Of a stretch of DNA of 62,247 nt, positions 54,914-62,247 are shown one piece after another; the first letter of the stretch is position 1; every line of letters begins with the position of its first letter. Origin of the DNA: a virus. Lineage: Duplodnaviria; Caudoviricetes. The notes under the pieces were generated by a model that did not search any database, had not been told where the DNA came from, and was given only the letters and a program-made list of their open reading frames with translations. A program made the position numbers and the translations under genes. Location: the IMG/VR virus record IMGVR_UViG_3300005573_000098, positions 1 to 62,247 of that record; one strand, written 5' to 3'.

Positions 54914-57900
54914 TCATTTGATTATTTTCTGCAAACTTCTTCTCTTTTTCGAGTCTGAAGATACTGCACTCAACCAAATATCAAAAACCCGATCTCCAGT
55001 AAATGGATCGTATCTTTGCTCAACTTTTCCAGCAGTCGCGGGAACCCCAGTATTATTGTGCAAATTTATTACAACATTCCCACTATCGGAAGAAGATGTC
55101 TTACCTCCAAAAGTTTCAAGTCCAGCACCGAAGACAGATCCAATACTCTTTCCGACCATGCCTCCGTCGTGAAACTTTTCTATGATGCTTCTGGAACTGT
55201 CATAACTGAAGACGGTGTTTTCAAAGTTGGTTGAAATGCTTTTGTCCGACACTTTTGTCTTAAGTACAACTCCTCCGTCATGAAACTTCGACGACGACAT
55301 GATGAAATTCAAAACGCTTGCCCACTTTTTCGCTCTGTCTTTGTCGATAACAACTTCTCCAACTTGCAATACAGCGGGAACTTCATCTGACTTTAATTGC
55401 ATTCCAACCGAACTAAAATAAGACTGCGCTTTCCCACGATCGACAAGGAAAGCACCATCATGAAACTTAGGAAGCGCTTCAATTTCTTTTGCAATCGAAG
55501 AAGAATGAGAAATCATATAGTCAGGAACGATCCCTTTCTCCCTTCCAGCAACAAGCCCACCAGAATGGCCCAAAGCCGGAATCCCACCAGAAACACTAAA
55601 CGGAGACGCTCCCGTCGTCCATTGACTCCAAACTCCGCCGCCGACCGCTGCTCCTCCGCCTCCTCCAAATCCGAACAAAGACGTCACCCCTTTAATCATT
55701 TGCTCAATCATCCACATAATCAATAGCTTCATGATAATCTGCACAATCGTCTCAATTACCACTTCGCCCATTTTGGCGAAGGCTTCCTTCATGTTTTTCG
55801 TCCCCATGATGACGTCACTAAATGCTTGAGTCATGCTGCTGCTTATCGTGTCGGCCAATCCTGAAATCATTTCTGATACAGCGCCTGCAAAATCTTGAAA
55901 CTTGCTCAAAGCATCTTTCAATCCAATTTCAAGCCCGCCTGCAAACTTCCTTCCTGTCTTTTCATCAATGCCACCAAAAACCTGCTCAATCGGGCTTCTG
56001 GTGATCCACTCAGTAGAAGGTGCCATTGCAATTTCCGGCTTTGCTCCCACTGCCATTTCCTGCAAAGTCGGAAACTTCCACTCGAAGCGCGTCGCTTCTC
56101 TTGGATACCCACCTCTCGCGACAAAAAGCTCCCATTTTCTTCTGTCCTCTTCTAACTGTTGAAGCGTCGCTCCCTGCTCTTCTAATTTTGACTTGTGCCA
56201 TTCATAATACTCTTCCGAGTCTTGTTTTCTGCGAAGAATGCTTTCTCTCTCTTGACGATCGTATTCCATCAATTGAAGCGTCATGTATTCATACAGTTTG
56301 GAGGTATCGGCTCCAACAAGATCATAAGCTTTCTTTGTTTCATCGTACCAGCTTTTAAGCTCTCTTCTGCGAGATTCAAACTCATTCAAAGTAAGAGACT
56401 GAATTTTAAACGTAAGATCCTTTTCTGTTCTTTCAACTAATTCTCTTGCCTCCTTCTCTTGCTCAATCTTCTTTACCATTTCATCCCGAATCTTCAACGC
56501 CTCTATCAATTGCCTATATTCGATTGAATTTGTAGAGATGTTTTCTCTCTGCGCAATCTCCAAAGCCTGTCTTTCATAGGCTTCTTTATTGATCCATTCA
56601 ACTTGCCTTCTTGCTTCTTCAATCTCTTCCTGCACTCTCAACTTCGACTGAAGCTCTGTCTTTTTTTCAAGCAAATTAAGAATAACCTGATATTCCTTGC
56701 TTCCGACAGCAATACCAATGTCTCGAGCGGCATTCATAGCTTCTTGCACAACTTTGTCCTTGCCAAGAAGCTCAATCTCAAATTTTAACTTACTCAAATA
56801 ATCATCATACTTTTTTGCAACTTCGCTTAAACTTTCGCCATACTCTTTTACAGCGTCAGCTATGTTGGCAGTTTCTTTCGCCAAAGGTTCTTGGCGCAGG
56901 CGCAATGGAACCATAACTCCTTTGAGTCCAGGAGCAGAGACATATCTTTGTGCAGGCCTTGAATAAAGCTCTTCAGGCAAAGCCTCAGCCGCAAATTCTC
57001 TGAAGTACTCTCCTTGATATGCAGTTAATACTTTTCCCTTTCTTTCTGAAACCTTCCTCCAAACTTCTTGAAGCTTTCTTTCTGTCGATTCGATATCAAG
57101 ATGAATGGGCAAATGAAATTCCTTTCCAATTCCAACAAGTCTTTCTTTGATTCGCTTCTCCACCTCAAGAAATCCAGCATAAACATAATCAGAGATCTGA
57201 CCGACAAAGTATCGAATGGCCTCCCATATGTAATCTGTAATTTCCCTGAAAATTGAACTTACTTCTCTTAAGTACTTTCCGGCCTCCCATCCTCCAAATA
57301 ATACCAAACCAACAAGGCCTGCCCTAGACGCAATTGACAATTTTCCAAATGTCATGGTGACAGCAGAAAGAGTCCCGACAGCTTTTGAAAGCTCTTCGAC
57401 ACTTCTTGCACAAGACAAAACAGCGCTTCCGATTTCGACAAAAACAATCGCAAGTCTGTAAGCGATAAAAGCCTTTACGATAAAAACCAAAGCATCAAAA
57501 GCACTAGCAAGCTTGTCAACATATTCCTTAACCCCACTCTCGACGATATTGTGAAAACTCGTCCTAATCGACGCTGCGATCTCTTTAATTTTTGGAGTAA
57601 TACGTTCAATAATTTCCGATAGAATTGGAAGAACATCTTTGCCTATCAAAATCATATTGTTTTTGATTGTAGACGTAAATCTACCCCAGACACTCTCAAA
57701 TCCTTTGTAAAATTGCTGCCATGCTTTTTCAGCAGAACCAGCTCCTGCTTCAACTCCACTAATCAAATTTTTCAACAGTTCAAAGTTCTCCATCCTCAAA
57801 GCTAGAAATCCGAGAGTGGCTTCTTTTCTTCCACCCAAAATCTGCTTTATTGCTTCTGCCGAGCCTTTTCCGGCTTCATCTATTCTTCTAAGCGTTTCCA

Positions 57901-58762
57901 CGAATCCCAACTTCTGAATTGCAGAGATAGCTCCACCAAAATCTTTAAACAGCTCTTTCAGCTCATCTGTAGGATTGATCAAAGCAGCAAGAAGGGCCTC
58001 TAATTGAGTCGCAGCTTCTGCAGTATTTCCAGCCGTCTGAGTCACTAATGACAACGCTCCCGCCATCTCAACTGCTTTAAGTCCGACGTTATGAGCAAGG
58101 TTCGCCGTTGTTCCTAAAACAGGAACCAGCTCCATGACTGTCGTTTTTCCATATCTTTCTGTGGCAAACAAAATATCGGCTGCTTCTGAAGTTGACTTTA
58201 GTTCCCTGCCATAAGCTGTCATGAGAGCAGTCAAAACGCGAATCATAGACGCTTGATCAACATGCGCTGCTTTCGCCGCCTTCGACGCCGTCACCAATAA
58301 CTCCAACGCCCTAACCGGCTCAGTGACTCCGGCGGAAATCACCATATAATATCCACGCATCAACTCAGTAGCACTTCCAAAACCTTTTCCTGTCAGACTC
58401 CAAACTCTTTTCTCGATCTCTTCGAAAGATTGATCTGTAACCTTTCCCATATCAATCAAAGCAGTCTGATATTCCGTGGCAGCATCGATAATTTTCTTAA
58501 ATGACAAACCGACTCCCAAAGAAGCAAAGACACTGTTGATACTAAACAAAACCCCTTTCAAGGATTCGAGCCTAGAAGTAATCGCAGAAGAGCTTTTAGA
58601 AATGTTATCGTTAAATTTTCTCCAGGCCTGCTCAGCCCTTCCCAAATTCTTAGTTGTGCTATCAGCGTATCTTTGCAAAGTAGACTCAGCTTTAGACACC
58701 GCCTCTCTTAGCTGAGAAATATCGGCTCCCAATGTAACGAACAAAGATCCAAGATCTGCCAT
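54914..58762 (-). CDS. Tail tape measure protein (TP901-type core)
   Basis: 1282 aa and helical; MADLGSLFVTLGAD start, YGKTTVMEL, and FHDGG/EVPAVLQVGE C-terminal motifs. Confidence 0.93.
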   Translation of the reverse strand: MADLGSLFVTLGADISQLREAVSKAESTLQRYADSTTKNLGRAEQAWRKFNDNISKSSSAITSRLESLKGVLFSINSVFASLGVGLSFKKIIDAATEYQTALIDMGKVTDQSFEEIEKRVWSLTGKGFGSATELMRGYYMVISAGVTEPVRALELLVTASKAAKAAHVDQASMIRVLTALMTAYGRELKSTSEAADILFATERYGKTTVMELVPVLGTTANLAHNVGLKAVEMAGALSLVTQTAGNTAEAATQLEALLAALINPTDELKELFKDFGGAISAIQKLGFVETLRRIDEAGKGSAEAIKQILGGRKEATLGFLALRMENFELLKNLISGVEAGAGSAEKAWQQFYKGFESVWGRFTSTIKNNMILIGKDVLPILSEIIERITPKIKEIAASIRTSFHNIVESGVKEYVDKLASAFDALVFIVKAFIAYRLAIVFVEIGSAVLSCARSVEELSKAVGTLSAVTMTFGKLSIASRAGLVGLVLFGGWEAGKYLREVSSIFREITDYIWEAIRYFVGQISDYVYAGFLEVEKRIKERLVGIGKEFHLPIHLDIESTERKLQEVWRKVSERKGKVLTAYQGEYFREFAAEALPEELYSRPAQRYVSAPGLKGVMVPLRLRQEPLAKETANIADAVKEYGESLSEVAKKYDDYLSKLKFEIELLGKDKVVQEAMNAARDIGIAVGSKEYQVILNLLEKKTELQSKLRVQEEIEEARRQVEWINKEAYERQALEIAQRENISTNSIEYRQLIEALKIRDEMVKKIEQEKEARELVERTEKDLTFKIQSLTLNEFESRRRELKSWYDETKKAYDLVGADTSKLYEYMTLQLMEYDRQERESILRRKQDSEEYYEWHKSKLEEQGATLQQLEEDRRKWELFVARGGYPREATRFEWKFPTLQEMAVGAKPEIAMAPSTEWITRSPIEQVFGGIDEKTGRKFAGGLEIGLKDALSKFQDFAGAVSEMISGLADTISSSMTQAFSDVIMGTKNMKEAFAKMGEVVIETIVQIIMKLLIMWMIEQMIKGVTSLFGFGGGGGAAVGGGVWSQWTTGASPFSVSGGIPALGHSGGLVAGREKGIVPDYMISHSSSIAKEIEALPKFHDGAFLVDRGKAQSYFSSVGMQLKSDEVPAVLQVGEVVIDKDRAKKWASVLNFIMSSSKFHDGGVVLKTKVSDKSISTNFENTVFSYDSSRSIIEKFHDGGMVGKSIGSVFGAGLETFGGKTSSSDSGNVVINLHNNTGVPATAGKVEQRYDPFTGDRVFDIWLSAVSSDSKKRRSLQKIIK

Positions 58763-58765
58763 TTG

Positions 58766-59164
58766 CTATTTCTCCTTTTCGCCGCTGCTAGAGGAAGCCG
58801 AAGCGAAAACGGAAAACAAAGCCTTTATCTCTTCTGGACTGGAAGCAATCGATCTTCCCTTGAGCATTTTCGACTCTTCGAAATCTCCGGCCCAATCTGG
58901 CATGAAATCAATCGGACTGATATTGCTAGAGCCACTTTCCTTCTTTCCAAAGACAGCAATTGCAATTTGCGAAATCAAAGAACACAAAATCCCGATTCTA
59001 TAATCTGCTCTCCATTCTCCGATAGGTTCTAATTGGTCATACGCTTGCCACTCAGAGATCTGCTCAGAATTTAGCACGTCCAGCAGAAAATCAGGATGCG
59101 GAAATCCTAGTTCTCGGCAAAGCCTGAAGAGGAATCTTCTGCTGGGATGAAATCTGAGTTTTTT
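58766..59164 (-). CDS. Tail assembly chaperone T portion, expressed by -1 frameshift
   Basis: The -1 frame after A AAA AAC reads KLRFHPSRRFLFRLCRELGFPHPDFLLDVLNSEQISEWQAY... and is open to 58766. Confidence 0.8.
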   Translation of the reverse strand, partial: KKLRFHPSRRFLFRLCRELGFPHPDFLLDVLNSEQISEWQAYDQLEPIGEWRADYRIGILCSLISQIAIAVFGKKESGSSNISPIDFMPDWAGDFEESKMLKGRSIASSPEEIKALFSVFASASSSSGEKEK

Positions 59165-59526
59165 AGTAAGTTATCCCTATCCTCTTGACTAATTCTGTTA
59201 AGACGTTGGGCAGCTTCCACAATCAACTCAAGCTTTGCAGCAGGCATCGAATCTCCCAACGTCTTATAATCATCCTGCTTCAACAAAAGATTTCCGTGCT
59301 CATCGCAAACCGTACAAACAGCCATCTTAGACCTGAAATCTTCAAGGTCGTGCTCGTAATCAATACGATTTCCTCTCCTCACCTGTCTAATGATGGATGC
59401 TTCAAATCTGTCTCTTTCTCTTCCTGTCATCTGCTTTACATACACATAATCGCCATCTCCAAGATCCACCTTTTCAATTTTCAAAGCCTGCTTCTTCAAC
59501 AAATCTTCTCTGCTCAAAAGTGACAT
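59107..59526 (-). CDS. Tail assembly chaperone G
   Basis: Between tail tube and tape measure genes; VYVKQMTGRERDRFE; ends ...LLKNS. Confidence 0.85.
   Translation of the reverse strand: MSLLSREDLLKKQALKIEKVDLGDGDYVYVKQMTGRERDRFEASIIRQVRRGNRIDYEHDLEDFRSKMAVCTVCDEHGNLLLKQDDYKTLGDSMPAAKLELIVEAAQRLNRISQEDRDNLLKNSDFIPAEDSSSGFAEN
59158..59164 (-). other. Programmed -1 ribosomal frameshift slippery heptamer AAAAAAC
   Basis: CTA AAA AAC fits X XXY YYZ at the canonical G/GT position. Confidence 0.8.
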
Positions 59527-59632
59527 TTGATTTCCCTCCTTTGTCGATTGTTCTTTTTAAATGATTTCTGAGTATGCTTGTCACGCACTTGTCTGCTAAC
59601 AATCATTAACAAATCATCTTTACAAAGAAAAA

Positions 59633-59754
59633 CCGAACGGGAAAAGAACTTAAAATCCAAAGAAACAGAGTAGGCCTTAAATGGAAGAATCGTAAAAAGT
59701 GCCGTTCTGCTTTCTTCAGACATGCATTTTTCCTTCTGTTCTTTTCCCGTTCGG
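59633..59754. repeat. Perfect 17-bp inverted repeat with an 88-nt spacer
   Basis: ccgaacgggaaaagaac (59633-59649) and gttcttttcccgttcgg (59738-59754). Confidence 0.85.
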
Positions 59755-59776
59755 AATTGTCAATCACTTTCCCTCA

Positions 59777-60184
59777 TTAGGAAGTAACCTCAACCTCTCC
59801 AGTAATCTGGATTGTAACGTTAGCAGTAACTTTATCGTCCGCCGGAATTGTAAGAGGAAGCTCCGTGACCAAGCCCTGGAATTCGATGGTAGTCGCTCCA
59901 GGATCTGGCAAAGTAATACGATAATATCTCGGCGTGTCGCTCTCAAAGTCCGACTTCATTAGTCCATAGGTTGCAATTGTAAAGTTCATGTTTAGCGTGA
60001 TCGTTCCAGGGTTGCGGAAGCCAGTGATAAAAGTCCGATAGCCCCCTGCAGTATCAAGAGCCGTTGTATCAATAGTGGCTCTTGACATTGTAGGACCGGT
60101 AATACTGTTAATCTCGCCAATAGTCGTATAAGTCGTCCCATTCAAAGACCGAGAAAAAGTTGTGCCTACACCTGCAATTGCCAT
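59777..60184 (-). CDS. Major tail (tube) protein
   Basis: IGEINSITGP, IDTT, RTFITGFRNPGTI and YYRITLPD...FQGLV motifs. Confidence 0.9.
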   Translation of the reverse strand: MAIAGVGTTFSRSLNGTTYTTIGEINSITGPTMSRATIDTTALDTAGGYRTFITGFRNPGTITLNMNFTIATYGLMKSDFESDTPRYYRITLPDPGATTIEFQGLVTELPLTIPADDKVTANVTIQITGEVEVTS

Positions 60185-60255
60185 TTTCTGTCCCTCCTAC
60201 AAATTGAAATTTTCAAACCTATAAATACCGCCAACCAAACTTCCAAAGTTGTTGA

Positions 60256-60660
60256 TTATTCCGCCTTCGATCTCTGCAATTCAAAAGTTACCGCAAACTG
60301 ACACCTCCCATTATTGTCCCACCCCAAAAATTGAGGTGAAGCAACGATCCTGATTAAATGATAATATGAGTCACCCCATACCTCATGATTTCTGCCGTGA
60401 ATAGAATCGGCAATTTTACTTATCATATCCCAACCGGCTTGATAACTTCTGTCTCTAACTCTTACTTGCACTCCATCATACCTGTATGATTCATCTCTGT
60501 CCAAAGACATTCTCGAAGGCCATCCAGAAACATCCAAAACAGTAACACAAACATCTGGAAAAGCCGGCTCATACCCAACAAATAAATTCTCGCCAAACTT
60601 CAATCCCAAACTGGCTCCATTCTCTAGCATGTTTTTCACATCAATTGCAGGAGAATTCAT
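60256..60660 (-). CDS. Tail terminator/completion protein
   Basis: LFVGYEP...VQVRVR...LGWDNNGR; neck-module position. Confidence 0.75.
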   Translation of the reverse strand: MNSPAIDVKNMLENGASLGLKFGENLFVGYEPAFPDVCVTVLDVSGWPSRMSLDRDESYRYDGVQVRVRDRSYQAGWDMISKIADSIHGRNHEVWGDSYYHLIRIVASPQFLGWDNNGRCQFAVTFELQRSKAE

Positions 60661-60684
60661 CTTAAACTTCTCCCACTTTAATAA

Positions 60685-61119
60685 TTAACGTTTTCCCTTA
60701 ATCGCCTTTTTGGCTTCATCTTTGATCGTTTTTAAAATCAAGTCATGATTTCTTTTCAACGCTTCTTGAAACCATTTCGGACCAGATCCAGGCCTGCTCC
60801 ATTGCACATTTGGATTTGTCTTTTCATGGACAAACGGAGCATAATAAGCAGTGTATCCCAAAGCAACGAAGGGAACTTTGAACCCTCCTTGCTCGATAAC
60901 CCAGCTAGTCGTGAAAAAACTCGCTCTTAAATTTCCGGTATCAACCGGAGTTAATGGAGATGTGACTTCCATATCCCTCCTTATTAGCATTGCAGATTTG
61001 ATCAATCCGCTCATTGTGATGTCAGAAAGCTCCTGTATCTTCTTGTTCAATCTAGAAGTCACGAGAAGAAGTCCTACATGTGGATCTTTTTTCTTTTCAC
61101 CAGAAATTTCAACCATCAC
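60685..61119 (-). CDS. HK97 gp10-like neck protein
   Basis: TPVDTGNLRAS, YAPFVHE and PKWF motifs. Confidence 0.8.
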   Translation of the reverse strand: MMVEISGEKKKDPHVGLLLVTSRLNKKIQELSDITMSGLIKSAMLIRRDMEVTSPLTPVDTGNLRASFFTTSWVIEQGGFKVPFVALGYTAYYAPFVHEKTNPNVQWSRPGSGPKWFQEALKRNHDLILKTIKDEAKKAIKGKR

Positions 61120-61469
61120 AAATAAGCCCTCCTGAAGAAAAACTTACCACGCATGTCCATGATTTTTTCAAAGTATTTTATCTTTGATGCTCCTGAAATT
61201 TTCATTGGGTCGTCGTTAAACTGACTACTGTCATAATCGTCAAAAGATCCAAGCAAGAGAACTCCTCCAATATCCAAGTCTTGATTGACAATAACTTGGG
61301 CTTCGCTAATTATTGTCTCTCCAAATGAATTTACAACAGATCTGACTCTCTGCTCCCACCTGCAATCTATCTCAACAGGATCATTATAGGTAAATCCACC
61401 ATACCCGTCCACAACAGGATTGCCCCAATATATCGCTTTTTGTCCCAGCCAATTTTTTCTGAACATCAT
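61116..61469 (-). CDS. Head closure/head-tail adaptor protein
   Basis: YWG...DGYGG...PVEIDCRWE; neck-module position. Confidence 0.7.
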   Translation of the reverse strand: MMFRKNWLGQKAIYWGNPVVDGYGGFTYNDPVEIDCRWEQRVRSVVNSFGETIISEAQVIVNQDLDIGGVLLLGSFDDYDSSQFNDDPMKISGASKIKYFEKIMDMRGKFFFRRAYL

Positions 61470-61495
61470 AACATTAAATCCTGCCTAAATGATAG

Positions 61496-61876
61496 TTAGT
61501 CATCAAAGGACCGAATCGCATGTATTGACACTTTTCCCTTGCCCAATGATGCCAACTTGCCACTCACATCCAACAGCAAAACCTGCTGGCCATAAGTCGT
61601 AGAATTCAACCTCAATCCGCCAGAAGGAACAGTATATGAAACTGAAACACCGCCAACTGTTTCACTAGAAACTTGCAACTCTACAGATGAAGCCAAAAGA
61701 TGTGCAGCCAGCCATCTTTCAATCTCTGCAAGATGGCTTTCATTAAATTCTCCAGAAGAAGCCAAATGATAGTCAACCAGCAAATTAGCAGCATTCAAGA
61801 ATGGATCGAGGTCGCTTCCTTCGAGCGATGTTGATATGATTGCCTTGACATTCTCTGCTGAGATACGAGGTGGCAT
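61496..61876 (-). CDS. Head-tail connector protein
   Basis: IERWLAAHL, SETVGGVSVSY and STTYGQ motifs; AAGGAG RBS before ATG 61876. Confidence 0.78.
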   Translation of the reverse strand: MPPRISAENVKAIISTSLEGSDLDPFLNAANLLVDYHLASSGEFNESHLAEIERWLAAHLLASSVELQVSSETVGGVSVSYTVPSGGLRLNSTTYGQQVLLLDVSGKLASLGKGKVSIHAIRSFDD

Positions 61877-62247
61877 TTCGCTTTTCTCCTTGCCGTCCAA
61901 AGTTTTGGGTCAATATAACCTAAGACATCTGTATTCCAGCTCAGCCCCAGCCAATCCATCAATTCGTACAGCTGTTGGAAATCTCCATAGACCATTCTTT
62001 CGGGCCAAATAATTTTAACATTCAATCCAGTCGAAATCATGTCGACAAATCTCTTCTCGTACTCATGAACCCACCAAATCCAGCCATCCCGCTCGGTTTC
62101 AACTCCAACCGCTTTGCAATTTTCAGGATCCTTAAATGCTGACATGAAATTAGTTTTCAAGCAAGATTCAACAATATCTCCTGTCCTCCTCCTGACAATC
62201 ACCCATTTTGCATGTGGAAACGCGACATGCCAGACAGGCCAAATCAA
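61795..62247 (-). CDS. Sulfotransferase-family protein, C-terminal part (continuation of the gene starting at 583)
   Basis: In frame across the circular join; FPHAKWVIVRR...DIVES...MDWLGLSW. Confidence 0.82.
   Translation of the reverse strand: MIWPVWHVAFPHAKWVIVRRRTGDIVESCLKTNFMSAFKDPENCKAVGVETERDGWIWWVHEYEKRFVDMISTGLNVKIIWPERMVYGDFQQLYELMDWLGLSWNTDVLGYIDPKLWTARRKAKCHLVSQQRMSRQSYQHRSKEATSIHS
62127..62247. repeat. Terminal direct repeat copy 2
   Basis: Identical to bases 1-121. Confidence 0.97.

Noticed and set aside
59514-59723. 69-aa ORF in the tail spacer
   Set aside because: It has a weak RBS, no recognisable features and runs through the inverted repeat; probably non-coding.

Overview
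The window is an apparently complete, circularly permuted tailed-phage genome of 62,126 bp; bases 1-121 are repeated exactly at 62127-62247, most likely an assembler overlap. The tape measure, tail tube and lambda J/K/L/M-like genes with no sheath suggest a siphovirus. Two divergent arms start near 22.3 kb. The minus-strand late arm runs 22223->1 and on through 62126->47537 and holds the packaging, head, neck and tail genes, interleaved with about six glycosyltransferase-, methyltransferase- and sulfotransferase-like genes. The sulfotransferase spans the contig ends, so the ORF track shows only its C-terminal piece. The plus-strand arm (22430-47522) holds a large replication/recombination set: SNF2 helicase, primase, DnaB, UDG-PolA fusion, beta-clamp, clamp loader, UvsY, gp32-like SSB, RecA, resolvase and a split SbcC with SbcD. 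It also carries a 7-deazaguanine module (QueD, QueE, PRTase-FolE fusion, DpdA/TGT-like, no QueC), a GC-rich COOH-NH2 ligase/glutamine amidotransferase island and an amidase. No integrase, tRNA, rRNA or CRISPR array was seen. The best novel-system candidates are (1) a QueC-less deazaguanine DNA-modification route with a PRTase-FolE fusion and possibly an amidoligase/GATase substitute, and (2) a late-operon glycosylation/sulfation system with a Ser/Thr-repeat virion protein as a candidate substrate. All functional calls come from reading motifs by eye; no database searches were run.
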